From the NCBI GenBank assembly GCA_964523705.1, contig CAZFYA010000001.1, positions 3,388-67,387 of the forward strand: a DNA stretch of 64,000 nucleotides. The letters run 5' to 3'. The notes under the pieces were generated by a model. The model had not been told where the DNA came from. It made no database searches and saw nothing but the letters and a program-made list of their open reading frames with translations. Within the stretch, counting starts at the first letter, position 1. Each line of letters begins with the position of its first letter. This document shows positions 30,298 through 40,860 of this stretch, in pieces. The translations under genes and the position numbers were made by a program. This DNA comes from an uncultured Gammaproteobacteria bacterium (GTDB lineage Bacteria; Patescibacteriota; Microgenomatia; Levybacterales; UBA12049).

Positions 30298-32580
30298 AAC
30301 AACTCCCACTATTCCAATTACAAAAAGAATTAAACCGTTTTTAAAACTTTGAGGAAAATAATAAAATTCAACTAAATGTTTTCCCTTGTTAACTACAACA
30401 CCTCTAAAAGTATAATCAGTTCTATAAATCTCCTCTTTCTCCTCATTAACCCTTACATTCCAACCAGGATAATATGTGTCTGATAGGAAAAGCAAGGAAT
30501 CTGTTTTTGCATCAACTGAAAGCAAAATTTTATTTGGTGAATATTCTAGTATTTTTACCTCTCCAGGGTTATCATCAGATTCCTTAATATTAATGTCTTT
30601 TTCAACTACAACCTCATTTCTTAAATTGAAATCGGGCAAGAACATGGTATTTAGTATTTCTTTGTCCTCTTTTATTACCTGGTATTTATTAACCAAAAAA
30701 GCCCTTGGAAAAACATTGTTATTTTCAAGAATCTGATATTTTTCATCTTCATAAATTAAACTGAACGAATCCTCTTCATATTCCCAAAAAGGAAAAGCCC
30801 AAATTGCCCTGGCATCTGCCTTTTTATGAACAATGTATTTTATACCAAGTAAATTAATTGCCTTTGGTGTAAACTCTCCTCTTTTGGAAAGATGAACAAT
30901 TGACCTTTCAGGAGTCTTAAGTCTTCCATCACTTAAGTAATTTATAAATTCACCATATCTTTTAATATAAACCGCATCATACCCCTCAACTGATGGTAAT
31001 CCATAGTAAATTACAGTTTCCCCACCAAGGTTTCCTAAAAACCTATCATAATTAGACAATTCTTTAAGCTTTGTTAAAGTTTCTGTCTCTTTAAAAACCA
31101 AGTCTCTTGGATCAAAAGGCATCCACTTAGTTGCAAACCTTAACATATCAAAAGAAACTAAAATTAGTAATGCTGCTGAAAATAAAACAATAATTTTTTT
31201 TCTTTTTTTAAATTTAATTAAAAGAAAAATTAAAAATACAAAAGCAATATATATTAGAGTTGGTAAAATTAAATTCTGTCTTGCAATAATTGTTTTATCA
31301 AATGGTAAAACATTTAATAACACAATTAACCACATCGAAATAAACAACAAAAACATAAATAAGATTAATAAAAATATTTTTTTATTTACTCCCTTTTTAA
31401 TATCTTCAAGTAAATTATCAAAGCCAAAAGCAGCAAGAACACAAAACAAGAAACTAAATAGAACAATAATTCTACTGGCAGCACTGGTTGAGAGCACCGG
31501 AATTTTTAAAGCAATAATAAGTGATAAAAGAGGCGTATTAAACGCTAAAAGAAGAGCTATTATTGAAAATATGAATAAATAAAGTGTCTGTTTATTTTTT
31601 TTATTCAAAATGCTATAAATTGAAAGTATTAACGCTATTACCCCAATATATGCATTCCATTCTGCATAATGTCCAAACCAATCATTTCTGGTTACAGGAT
31701 TTCCATAAAAATCAGGAGACAAAAGCGTTGGTAAATAACTTATTGGGATTGCTTCAAGTTTTAAAAAAAGTCCGCTTCTTAAAGATGCAAAATATGCCTC
31801 AATTGAGGGAAGTAATTGAGGCATAGATAAAAGAAGGCCGAAAAAGGAATATAAAATACAAAATAAGCTTTTTTTAATATCTTTAGTTAAGAGATATTTA
31901 ATAAAGATATAAGCAAGTACTGATATTAAAAAATATAAACTGATTTGAAAGTGCCCACTAAAAAAAGATAAAGGAACTGTAATTGAAGTTAAAATTAAAT
32001 ATCTTTTTTTACAATTGTTAAAATATTTTTCAATTCCAAAAAGAGAAAGTGGCAAGAAAAGAATTGCAAAAGCTAAGGTCTCATAGCCCATCCAGCAGGT
32101 TATAAAACCGCAAAACATAAATGATACAGATGAGATTAATCCTCCGGCCGTTGATCTTCCTAAAGACTTTGTAAAAAGAAACATAAAAAGAGCAGCTAAA
32201 AGCGGCTGAAGAAGAACAAGAAGACTCCAGGCATCAATAAAAGGCAGGATAAAAAAGAACAGATTAAAAGGAGAAAGAACAGCTGATTGATAATTAGCAA
32301 TATGAGGTGTCCCTGAAAAACTGTATGGATTCCAAAAAGGAATTTGACCTAAAAGATAAGTTTGAATTGTAAAATGCTTCCATGGATATATCTGATTAAT
32401 AATATCAGGCATGGCGTTGTTTTTAACAGGACTGGAAAGTTCCTGATAAGTATTCCAGGGTGCAAAAAAATTTACCTGATAGGTTGAAGGATATGGAACA
32501 TTTCCTTTTAGAAAAAAGGGGGATGAGAAAATAAACCAGATTAAAAAAATAAAAAGGTATGACCAGTATTTTTTAAGCAT
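30259..32580 (-). CDS. YfhO-family GT-C membrane glycosyltransferase (family D)
   Basis: 773 aa. QIYPWKHFTIQTYLLGQIPFWNPYSFSGTPHIANYQSAVLSPFN; C-terminal YYPGWNVRVNEEKEEIY...FRGVVVNKGKHLVEF. Confidence 0.7.
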   Translation of the reverse strand: MLKKYWSYLFIFLIWFIFSSPFFLKGNVPYPSTYQVNFFAPWNTYQELSSPVKNNAMPDIINQIYPWKHFTIQTYLLGQIPFWNPYSFSGTPHIANYQSAVLSPFNLFFFILPFIDAWSLLVLLQPLLAALFMFLFTKSLGRSTAGGLISSVSFMFCGFITCWMGYETLAFAILFLPLSLFGIEKYFNNCKKRYLILTSITVPLSFFSGHFQISLYFLISVLAYIFIKYLLTKDIKKSLFCILYSFFGLLLSMPQLLPSIEAYFASLRSGLFLKLEAIPISYLPTLLSPDFYGNPVTRNDWFGHYAEWNAYIGVIALILSIYSILNKKNKQTLYLFIFSIIALLLAFNTPLLSLIIALKIPVLSTSAASRIIVLFSFLFCVLAAFGFDNLLEDIKKGVNKKIFLLILFMFLLFISMWLIVLLNVLPFDKTIIARQNLILPTLIYIAFVFLIFLLIKFKKRKKIIVLFSAALLILVSFDMLRFATKWMPFDPRDLVFKETETLTKLKELSNYDRFLGNLGGETVIYYGLPSVEGYDAVYIKRYGEFINYLSDGRLKTPERSIVHLSKRGEFTPKAINLLGIKYIVHKKADARAIWAFPFWEYEEDSFSLIYEDEKYQILENNNVFPRAFLVNKYQVIKEDKEILNTMFLPDFNLRNEVVVEKDINIKESDDNPGEVKILEYSPNKILLSVDAKTDSLLFLSDTYYPGWNVRVNEEKEEIYRTDYTFRGVVVNKGKHLVEFYYFPQSFKNGLILFVIGIVGVVLFSLPKRKLFKG

Positions 32581-33341
32581 TAGTTTTGTTTTTTATCAAA
32601 TCCGTTTTGAATTTCCCAAAGTCTTGCGTAAGTAATAAACATACTAAAAGATTGATAAATGCTTTCTATTAAACCGCCTGTTCCTGCCTTGTAACCTTTT
32701 TGCTTTACATATGAATTAAAAAAAGCCGTAAACATGACTCTTGGAAACCTCCACCAGGTCATCTTAGGGTGATTTGACTCTTTTCTTAAATCAGCTTCTA
32801 TTTTTGACCACTCAATAGTTTTTTCAAGCATTGAGGATAAATCATTATGAGTAAAATGCAAAAGATAGCCCTCAAGCTCTCCAATATCTCCATTAACAAT
32901 GGGGCTTTCATGAATTCTTCCAACCCATTCTTTTAAAGCACTTTTTTTAAATAGCCTTTCAATTTTTTCAATACATGGCCATTCTACGTCTTTGAAATAA
33001 AAGTTTTTTCTTTGCAGTTTATATGCTGCGTAGGACTTACTATCATTATTTATTAAACTTTTTATATTTTTCTTAAGTTCATCAGACACTCTTTCATCCG
33101 AATCAATATATAAAATCCAAGTTGAATTTGCTTTTGTTAAACCAAAATTTCTAAGTTTTGAAAAATCAGATGAGCTACTTTTAAAAACTTTAGCTTTCAT
33201 TCTTTTAGCAATCTCTTCGGTTCTGTCTTTTGAATTATTATCAATTACTATTACTTCATCACAAAATAAAACAGAATCTATTGCATCTGCAATTATATTT
33301 TCACTGTCTTTGGCAATAATTACTGCTGAAATTTTACTCAT
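32580..33341 (-). CDS. GT2 glycosyltransferase, KdtX/LgtF-like
   Basis: ISAVIIAKDSENIIADAIDSVLFCDEVIVIDNNSKDRTEEIAKRMKAKV; paralog of 7854..8624 and 34257..35165. Confidence 0.7.
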   Translation of the reverse strand: MSKISAVIIAKDSENIIADAIDSVLFCDEVIVIDNNSKDRTEEIAKRMKAKVFKSSSSDFSKLRNFGLTKANSTWILYIDSDERVSDELKKNIKSLINNDSKSYAAYKLQRKNFYFKDVEWPCIEKIERLFKKSALKEWVGRIHESPIVNGDIGELEGYLLHFTHNDLSSMLEKTIEWSKIEADLRKESNHPKMTWWRFPRVMFTAFFNSYVKQKGYKAGTGGLIESIYQSFSMFITYARLWEIQNGFDKKQN

Positions 33342-34255
33342 GGATTAAAACTTCCTCTCCCAAATTTTCTTTTATAAAAATCTTCTATTCCTTTTTTTTG
33401 CCACTCCCGCCCATTTTTTAAAAGCTTAAGGCTTTCTTTAATTAAGGCAATTTTTGACCTTACAGGTGCATATTTTAAACCAAATAACATTCTATTTCTA
33501 GAGATATAATAATCCTGTAAAGCAGATCCTGAACCGCCGCCTGAGCCTGCGTTTTCATGAATACAGATTGCTTTTGGTTCATAAATTATTTTAAAGCCTT
33601 TTTTCTTTACCCTTTGACTTAAATCACCGTCTTCATAGTAAAGAAAGTAGTTTTCGTCAAATAAACCTACCTTTTCTAAAACCTCTCTTGATATAAGCAT
33701 GCAGCATCCTGTTGCGTAATTTGTTTCTTCCCTTTTTTCATATTGCCCTTTATCTACCTCATCAACGCCTCTATGAAACCCAATAACATTTTTCCAGTCA
33801 ACTTCTCCTCCTGCATACCAAAAAACTTTTCCCAGCTCATTTTCCTTATATCTTTTTTTATGATATTCAAATCCTTTAGCAAAATATATTTTTGGCACTA
33901 CTATACCGATTCTTTTATCTGATTCTGCTGCTTTTAACATCTCCAAAAGCGCATTCTTTTTTAAAGTCGCATCATTATTTAAAACCAAAGCATAATCAGC
34001 ATTATTTCCAAAAGCAAACCTCAAACCAACATTATGTCCACCTGCAAAACCCAAGTTCTCTTTATTTTCAATAATTTTAAGCGGAATTGGACTTATAAAA
34101 TCCTCTTTTAGGTTAAGCTTTTCTTCTGAACCATTATCAATTAATAAGACATTAATCTTGTAATCATTAACATCAAGTTCTTTTAAGGATTTTAAGCATT
34201 TTATGGTATTCTCCCTACTATTAAAGTTTAGTATGGAAATATAGATATTTTTCAT
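33338..34255 (-). CDS. GT2 glycosyltransferase, WbbL-like (rhamnosyl/hexosyl transferase type)
   Basis: ISILNFNSRENTIKCLKSL...LIDNGS...ATGCCMLISREVLEKVGLFDENYFLYYEDGDLSQR, typical of GT2 WbbL-like enzymes. Confidence 0.7.
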   Translation of the reverse strand: MKNIYISILNFNSRENTIKCLKSLKELDVNDYKINVLLIDNGSEEKLNLKEDFISPIPLKIIENKENLGFAGGHNVGLRFAFGNNADYALVLNNDATLKKNALLEMLKAAESDKRIGIVVPKIYFAKGFEYHKKRYKENELGKVFWYAGGEVDWKNVIGFHRGVDEVDKGQYEKREETNYATGCCMLISREVLEKVGLFDENYFLYYEDGDLSQRVKKKGFKIIYEPKAICIHENAGSGGGSGSALQDYYISRNRMLFGLKYAPVRSKIALIKESLKLLKNGREWQKKGIEDFYKRKFGRGSFNP

Positions 34256-34256
34256 A

Positions 34257-35165
34257 TTATGATGAAAGTTTTCTTTTTACCTTGAGGAAAGTTTTTTTTG
34301 TATGATTTTTGGTTTTTTTAATTTCGGCATTTAAAAACCAATAATTAATTTCTTTATACGCTCGCTTTAGTTCTTTTTTACCACCCTCTAATAACTCTTT
34401 TTCCTCAATCTGCTTGTATTTCTCAACTTCCCAGATATAGGCAAAAATTAAAAAGTGATAAAACGCCATTAAAAGGGAGAGCATAAGGCCATAAAAACCG
34501 TCTTTGTATCCTTCTTTTGCAAAAAACCTGTTTAAAAATTCTCTTAAAGGAAATCTTATGGCATCAAAAAAGGAAAATTTATATCCTTTTTCTAAAATAT
34601 TTTTTGCCTCATTTGGGACATAAATAAATGTTTTTTGAATAAACTGGGCGACACTATCATAATTTTCATGCAAAATGTGATTATTAAGATGTCCTAATTC
34701 CCCGTCTATTTTTATATGTTCATGCACATGCTCTGATTCAAACTTGCCACTGCCCTTTTTAAACAATCTTAACTGACTATCAGGATACCAACCGGTATAC
34801 TTAATCCACTTGCCAAAAATATAATTTTTTCTTGGTATCCAAAAACCAACAAATTGACTATTCGTTTTTATGGTTTTTTGTATCTCCAGGGCTAATTCCC
34901 TCTCAACTCTTTCATCTGCATCCAGACTTAATATCCACTCACAGCTTGCCTTTTCAAAGCCAAAGTTTTTTTGAAGATCTATTCTCTCTAAATCATTTGG
35001 CTGTTTATAAACATGTTTTGTGTATTTTTTAGCAATCTCCTCAGTCCTGTCGGTTGAGGAATTATTAACTACAACAATTTCATCGGCAAAACTTACTGAT
35101 TTTAAACATTCCTCTATTTTTTTCTCCTCATTAAAGGCTGAAATTACAACAGATAATTTACTCAT
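34257..35165 (-). CDS. GT2 glycosyltransferase, KdtX/LgtF-like
   Basis: LSVVISAFNEEKKIEECLKSVSFADEIVVVNNSSTDRTEEIAKKY. Confidence 0.7.
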   Translation of the reverse strand: MSKLSVVISAFNEEKKIEECLKSVSFADEIVVVNNSSTDRTEEIAKKYTKHVYKQPNDLERIDLQKNFGFEKASCEWILSLDADERVERELALEIQKTIKTNSQFVGFWIPRKNYIFGKWIKYTGWYPDSQLRLFKKGSGKFESEHVHEHIKIDGELGHLNNHILHENYDSVAQFIQKTFIYVPNEAKNILEKGYKFSFFDAIRFPLREFLNRFFAKEGYKDGFYGLMLSLLMAFYHFLIFAYIWEVEKYKQIEEKELLEGGKKELKRAYKEINYWFLNAEIKKTKNHTKKTFLKVKRKLSS

Positions 35166-35166
35166 A

Positions 35167-36621
35167 TTATTTTTTCAAGTTTCTTTTAATCATTTCAAGG
35201 TTTGAAATCAGTTGGTTTTTAGAAAACACAAGCATTGATAAAAAGTATAACACAGCTCCTATAACAATCATAAATATTACGCCTAACAAACTACCGGCAG
35301 CAAATGGAGACAGGAAAAAAAGCACTATTCCCATAATCACAGTTGATAAAAGAGGATAAAAAATTATTCTTAAAAGGTTAAGTTCAATATATTTTTTAAC
35401 AAAATATACTACTAAAACAACCGATGCTGAAATTATAGCTGAAGCAACAGCTACACCGTTGAAACCCATGTAAATAATTGCCAAAGGCGTAAGTATCCAG
35501 GTTAATGCTGTCCAGAAAATCATTAAGTACAAAGTTATCTTTATTTTTCCGATTGCATTTAAAACATTGGTTAGCGGAGTTGAAATAGATGAGAAAGCTG
35601 CGTTAATTGCAAAAAAAGAAAGGGCTAAAAGTGCGGGCTCCCACTTTATATATTTTGGAATAACCTGAATAAAGTAAGGGGATAAAATGACCAGTCCCAT
35701 AAGACAGGGAAAAATTATAAAACAGGCTGCAAAAATTGCTTTCTCAAGTGCTGATTTTAAATAGTCTTTATTATCCTGAAGCCTTGAAAAGGATGGAAAA
35801 GTAATCCTTATTACATTATCCATAATTAGTCTTAAAGGTAAAAATGCCCATTTTTGGGCAAAACCAAGATACCCAACCTGTGCAATTGGCAAAACTTTTC
35901 CAAGATAAACAATTAGTAAGTCATCTTTTACTAATGCTAAAAGGCTGTTTAGCTGAAACGGTACTCCAAATGATAATAATTTTTTAGCCGACTCTCTTGA
36001 ATAGCCAATTGCAATTCTCCAAGGTGCAATAATGTAAATTGAAATAAGTCCTGATAATCCTCTTGCTAAGACTGCATAGGTAAATGAAGCTACTCCAAAT
36101 CCTTTAATTGCTAATACTACAGCTACCACATTAAAAAATAGTGTTTCTACGATTTGAGGAATAACTAATCTTTCAAAACGAAGACTTCGCTCAAGTATAA
36201 TTGAGGGAATTGTTTTTAAGGAAGATAGGAAAAAAGATACAACTAAGGCTTGAAACAAAAGAAGACTACTTGCATCTAAATTGTAAAATCGTCCAATAGA
36301 GGGTGAGAAAACAAGCGCAATTATTACCAAAGTTATAACTAAGCTTTGCTGAATTGTAAAAGTGGTTCTTAAATCTTTTTCTTCAATTTTTTCTTTTTTT
36401 TGAATTAAAGCAGCTGCAAGACCAATATCTGAAAAATAAGTAAGAAATGCAATTATTGCCGAGACAACAAAATATACTCCAAAAATTTGTGGGGATAGAA
36501 AAATTGTTAAAAGAAGGTTTGAAACAAAAGTAATCAGCTGCATTACAAAAGTCCTTGAAGTTAATGCAAGAACTCCCCTGATTGATCTTTTTTTAACAGA
36601 AGCAATATCAATTTCTTCCAC
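35167..36621 (-). CDS. Wzx-like oligosaccharide flippase (MOP superfamily)
   Basis: 484 aa, about 12-14 TM; the N-terminal region (KRSIRGVLALTSRTFVMQLITFVSNLLLTIFLSPQIFGVYFVVSAIIAFL...DIGLAAALIQ) is characteristic of Wzx/polysaccharide biosynthesis proteins. Confidence 0.7.
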   Translation of the reverse strand: MEEIDIASVKKRSIRGVLALTSRTFVMQLITFVSNLLLTIFLSPQIFGVYFVVSAIIAFLTYFSDIGLAAALIQKKEKIEEKDLRTTFTIQQSLVITLVIIALVFSPSIGRFYNLDASSLLLFQALVVSFFLSSLKTIPSIILERSLRFERLVIPQIVETLFFNVVAVVLAIKGFGVASFTYAVLARGLSGLISIYIIAPWRIAIGYSRESAKKLLSFGVPFQLNSLLALVKDDLLIVYLGKVLPIAQVGYLGFAQKWAFLPLRLIMDNVIRITFPSFSRLQDNKDYLKSALEKAIFAACFIIFPCLMGLVILSPYFIQVIPKYIKWEPALLALSFFAINAAFSSISTPLTNVLNAIGKIKITLYLMIFWTALTWILTPLAIIYMGFNGVAVASAIISASVVLVVYFVKKYIELNLLRIIFYPLLSTVIMGIVLFFLSPFAAGSLLGVIFMIVIGAVLYFLSMLVFSKNQLISNLEMIKRNLKK

Positions 36622-37321
36622 TGTTTAATTCCCTCCAAAGAGCAAAGCTTTCTCTTATGGCTCTTACTACTACTCTTAAGTTTCCTCCGCTTTGATCACC
36701 AAAAATTCTTGGATAGTGAAAAACTTCAACCTGATTAATTTTAAGTTTTTCCTTTTTTGCCTTTGCTAATATTTCAGTTGTAATCATTGCTCCCTCCGAA
36801 TGAAAAGGCATAATTCTATTTAGCGCCTCTTTTTTAAACAACTTAAAGCCGCAATCAATATCTCTAAAATAAAAACCAAAGAAAAACAAATCCCACACTT
36901 TTAAAAGATTCATAAGTACGTGTCTAAAAGGATTATCATTTCGTTTTTTCCTGTACCCAATTACCATATCAGCATTTTTAATTTTTTTTAAAAACTTTGG
37001 AAGCTCTGAAAAATCAAACTGCCCATCGCCGTCATTAAATACAACCAGATTATATTTTGCATTCTCAAAGCCTTCTCTTAAAGCAGCGCCATAACCTCTG
37101 TTTGGCTGATGAGTTATTGCTCTTAAATTTTCATTTTTTGAAGCTAAGTCTTTAGCGATTTTATAAGTATTATCATCTGAGCCGTCATCAATCATTAATA
37201 TTTCCCATTTTTTAGCGTACTTTTTAGCAATAGGAATGGCCTTTTCAACAACTTTTTCCAAGTTTTTTTCTTCATTCCAAAACGGAAAAAAGATTGATAA
37301 TTCATCTACCTTTTGTGTCAT
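36608..37321 (-). CDS. GT2 polyprenyl-phosphate sugar synthase (Dpm1/GtrB-like), soluble type
   Basis: LSIFFPFWNEEKNL...LMIDDGSDDNT...HQPNRGYGAALREGF...NDGDGQFD...IDCGFKLF; 237 aa. Confidence 0.75.
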   Translation of the reverse strand: MTQKVDELSIFFPFWNEEKNLEKVVEKAIPIAKKYAKKWEILMIDDGSDDNTYKIAKDLASKNENLRAITHQPNRGYGAALREGFENAKYNLVVFNDGDGQFDFSELPKFLKKIKNADMVIGYRKKRNDNPFRHVLMNLLKVWDLFFFGFYFRDIDCGFKLFKKEALNRIMPFHSEGAMITTEILAKAKKEKLKINQVEVFHYPRIFGDQSGGNLRVVVRAIRESFALWRELNSGRN

Positions 37322-38803
37322 TTATTTTCTCTTTCTGGTATAAATTATACCAAGAACAGCCACCACTATACCAGCAAGAGAAAGAAGATTAGCATTTCTT
37401 TCTATTGGGGTTTCCTTAAATGAAAAGGCTTGTTTGTTTTTCAATGCCTCGCTAGCACTATTTGGTTTTTTTACTCCTTTTGGAAGATACTCATCTGAAA
37501 TCTTTGAAGTTGTCCACTTTAAACTGTATTCACTTGTGTAATCACTAACTTTTACATTTAGTATCTTTTGAGGCTGAAAAAATTTAGAATTAATAGTTAA
37601 AATTAAAACAATTAAAATCAGAAATTCAGCAAAAACTATTTTTTTATTTTTAATAAACTTACTTGTTAATGGAACAACTGCCCCTCCTAAAACTGCTGTG
37701 AAAAATCCAACCATATTTAAAAAACGCCAGGGGTATTGAAAATATTCCATTGGTGGAAGCGCTTCCCAAATAAACCTTGAGTAAGGAAGTGTTAAAAAGA
37801 TAGATAAAAAAAGGCCAATTGTTGATATTAAAAGAATAACAATAGATTTTTTTTCTATTTTTTTCTTTAATAATAAAACAGCTATTAGACCAACTATTGA
37901 TAATAAAACAAAAATAATGTTTAATTTTCCAAGCATAAAAGATAATCCGTCATTACAGCTTGCTGTTGATCCTCCAAAACCCCATTGACTGTACCAAAGC
38001 TGATTTATGCAGATAAAATGATTTCTAAAATCAGCTGTTTTGCCAATAGTTGATATAACATTTGTCCCTTCCATCTCCAAAAGCGCCGGAAGCCAATAAA
38101 ATGCGGATACTAAAAGTCCAAGAGAAAATGCAAAAATTAAATGAAGCGTATTAAGATTATTTTTCTTTTTATAATTTAATATTGCAAAAATAATAATTAA
38201 AGTTATTAAAAACGGAGTAATCATCATTGCGGTTAAGTTATGTGAAAGAATTACTCCTGAAAAACCAATTGCTAAAATAAGTACATAAAGATATTTATTT
38301 TCCTTAAATAACTTATACGCCCCAAAAAAACAAAGAGGAATAAAAGCATACGCAAAAAGTTCGCTTATTGCCCCCCTAACATATAAATTTACAGCGTGAT
38401 AGGGAAAATATACATATAAGAGAGCTGAAATTACTGCACCATTTTTACCAAAAAACTCTTTTGCCAGTAAATACATTAAAACTCCTGATAAAAGCATTCC
38501 AAATACAATCATTATTTTTGTGGCAATTAGCGCATCAAATCCTAAAATTACAAACTTTGCGCCAAAATAATATGCCAAAGGAGCATAGAAATTAAAAATC
38601 GGATAGCCTAAGCCATAGCCCAAATCACTTACCCATCTGACAGGAAACATGCCAACGGATAAAGATTTTGCCATTTCATAAACTCTTTGCACCTGGGTAT
38701 TATCATGCATTGGAAAAAAACCAGGCTGAAAAAGAGGCAAAATACTAAATATAGATAGTAAAATTACCAAAATATGAGGGATAATTTTTTTAAATAAAGT
38801 CAT
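37322..38803 (-). CDS. Polytopic membrane protein, YfhO-related GT-C-like (family C)
   Basis: 493 aa. FFPMHDNTQVQRVYEMAKSLSVGMFPVRWVSDLGYGLGYPIFNFYAPL; lacks the C-terminal YYPGW domain found in its two paralogs. Confidence 0.5.
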   Translation of the reverse strand: MTLFKKIIPHILVILLSIFSILPLFQPGFFPMHDNTQVQRVYEMAKSLSVGMFPVRWVSDLGYGLGYPIFNFYAPLAYYFGAKFVILGFDALIATKIMIVFGMLLSGVLMYLLAKEFFGKNGAVISALLYVYFPYHAVNLYVRGAISELFAYAFIPLCFFGAYKLFKENKYLYVLILAIGFSGVILSHNLTAMMITPFLITLIIIFAILNYKKKNNLNTLHLIFAFSLGLLVSAFYWLPALLEMEGTNVISTIGKTADFRNHFICINQLWYSQWGFGGSTASCNDGLSFMLGKLNIIFVLLSIVGLIAVLLLKKKIEKKSIVILLISTIGLFLSIFLTLPYSRFIWEALPPMEYFQYPWRFLNMVGFFTAVLGGAVVPLTSKFIKNKKIVFAEFLILIVLILTINSKFFQPQKILNVKVSDYTSEYSLKWTTSKISDEYLPKGVKKPNSASEALKNKQAFSFKETPIERNANLLSLAGIVVAVLGIIYTRKRK

Positions 38804-38857
38804 ATTTGTATTATACAGATAACAGGTTTGAAATAAAAGAAATTTAGCTATGATTTC

Positions 38858-39295
38858 TTAAGCAGAAGGTTGAAGGTTATTTTTTAAAAAATTTAAAAAA
38901 TGATTAGCTTGACCTATTGCATCTCTTGTATTTGTATAAACTCTGTCTTTTCTCCTACCATCATCATTTACATATGACCATTTGATTAAAGGCTCATCAG
39001 GGGATAAGACAACTTTTGAAGTATCATCATCTCCTCTAAGCTCAACTGAGATGCTTTTTCTTGGATCATATTTTACAATTACACCATGCTCGCTGCTTAA
39101 TCTAAATTCAACTAATCTAGTTTTATCCTCAGAATTAGCAGTAATTTCTTGATCGCTAAGAAGTGCTAATGCACTTGCTCTTTGAAACGCAGGAGATTTC
39201 ATTAATACTACTTTATAATTACTGTACAAGCCGTAAGCTTCTCTTGAAAGCTCTTCTTTTGGAAGTGACCTTTCAGCCATTTGTATTTCTGACAT
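38858..39295 (-). CDS. Hypothetical soluble protein (145 aa) embedded between family C paralogs
   Basis: No TM or recognisable motifs; has its own promoter (TTGACT-N18-TAAAAT) ending a few nt before the ATG. Confidence 0.5.
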   Translation of the reverse strand: MSEIQMAERSLPKEELSREAYGLYSNYKVVLMKSPAFQRASALALLSDQEITANSEDKTRLVEFRLSSEHGVIVKYDPRKSISVELRGDDDTSKVVLSPDEPLIKWSYVNDDGRRKDRVYTNTRDAIGQANHFLNFLKNNLQPSA

Positions 39296-39304
39296 AATCA
39301 GTAT

Positions 39305-39334
39305 ATTTTATGAAAAATTTAACCTAAAAGTCAA
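39305..39334 (-). promoter_or_regulatory. Sigma70-like promoter TTGACT-N18-TAAAAT for 38858..39295, near-leaderless; -35 embedded in the shared TCCCATAGTTGACTT element
   Basis: Minus strand reads AGTTGACTTTTAGGTTAAATTTTTCATAAAATATACTGATTATG. Confidence 0.5.
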
Positions 39335-40860
39335 CTATGGGACTTTTTGTATCTTAACTTAAATGCTAAGAATATTAATCCCAAAAATGAAACAAAAGAA
39401 ATGATATTTACTGTAAGTCTTAAATTTGTTTCTTTAAAATAAGCTTTAACAAAATGATTTCCCTTATTTAAATTAAATTGAATTAATCCAGAATCATTTT
39501 TATAACTAATCAAGACATTTTTATTATCAACTTCTAAAACCCATCCAGGATAATAGATTGTATTAATTGAGAGTAATGAATCTTTTTGTAAATCAGCATT
39601 AAAACTAACGCTATTTCCATTATTTATTAAATTAAAAACACTGCCTTCTCCTTTTAATATTTCTACCTTTTCATTTTTTGAAGAACTTGGGATTTCTTTT
39701 ACCCATTTTGGCATATATTCATTTTTAACAGTTGTTGTGTCTTGGTTTGTTGAATAAAAAGTATCTGGATAGTTTGTAAAACCTTTAGGATAGATAAAAT
39801 CTTTAGCATCAAAAATTAATAAAAATAAATAAATAATTATTAAAATTTTTTTATTTCTTCCCTTTAGGAAATTTAGCTGAAATGCTACAAAAAATGCTGT
39901 TGTTAAAATTAAAACTGAAATTAATCTAAATGGAAATTGAATAAAACTTGAAAACAAAGGCCATAAGAATGAGGAGATTGGAAAAATTAAAAAAAGACAA
40001 ACTACAGAAACTATAAAAAATAACCAATAATTTTTATCTTTTATTCTTCTAAAGATTAAAAAAGTTAACAAGAAAGAAAGTAAAAACACTAAACCAATCA
40101 GGTTTATATTCTGTAAATTTACAAAATACTCTGAAAAGTCGGATACCAAAACCTTATCAAAAATTACAAATCTTTTCTCTATAAGCGCCGGCAACCAGAA
40201 AAAACTGGACATTCCAAGGCCAAAAACTAAGCTGAATAATATTTTTTTAATATCTTTTTTTGAAAGGTAATAATAAATAAGAATTATCGGTAAAAACAGC
40301 AAAGCCAAGCTGTTATGAGAAAGAATAAGAAGTGCTATACCAATTGATATAAAAAATAGACTTTGTCTTTCTATTTGCCATAAGATAAACGGAACAATAG
40401 CCAATGCCAAGACCTCACCAACTGATCCTCTTTTATAAACATCCCATAAATGATATGGAAAATATAAATAAACCAATGAACCGATAAGGGATGATAAGTT
40501 ATCAAACTTTTTTCTAAGCCAAAGAAGTGAAAAAACAGCAGAAGATAATAGACTTATTCCAAAAATTATTTTTATCGTACTGACAAAACTAAAACCTAAT
40601 ATATGAATAGGTGTACCGATATACATAAATAACGGATATAAAAAGTTGGCAACCGGATAACCAAAACCGTTATTAAGTCTTGCTAAAAACCTTACCGGAA
40701 ATTGACCGTTTCTTAAGGCTTCATAAAATGCTGAAAATCGAATAATCATCCAGTTCCCATCATCAGTTACAAAAAATCCAGGCTTTAAAAGAGCGAAAAC
40801 TGAAGGAATGGATAAAATTAAAACAATAATTAAATATTTCAAAAGTTTCTTATTTTTCAT
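39331..40860 (-). CDS. Polytopic membrane protein, YfhO-related GT-C-like (family C)
   Basis: 509 aa. FFVTDDGNWMIIRFSAFYEALRNGQFPVRFLARLNNGFGYPVANFLYPL; C-terminal IYYPGWVLEVDNKNVLISY. Confidence 0.5.
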   Translation of the reverse strand: MKNKKLLKYLIIVLILSIPSVFALLKPGFFVTDDGNWMIIRFSAFYEALRNGQFPVRFLARLNNGFGYPVANFLYPLFMYIGTPIHILGFSFVSTIKIIFGISLLSSAVFSLLWLRKKFDNLSSLIGSLVYLYFPYHLWDVYKRGSVGEVLALAIVPFILWQIERQSLFFISIGIALLILSHNSLALLFLPIILIYYYLSKKDIKKILFSLVFGLGMSSFFWLPALIEKRFVIFDKVLVSDFSEYFVNLQNINLIGLVFLLSFLLTFLIFRRIKDKNYWLFFIVSVVCLFLIFPISSFLWPLFSSFIQFPFRLISVLILTTAFFVAFQLNFLKGRNKKILIIIYLFLLIFDAKDFIYPKGFTNYPDTFYSTNQDTTTVKNEYMPKWVKEIPSSSKNEKVEILKGEGSVFNLINNGNSVSFNADLQKDSLLSINTIYYPGWVLEVDNKNVLISYKNDSGLIQFNLNKGNHFVKAYFKETNLRLTVNIISFVSFLGLIFLAFKLRYKKSHS

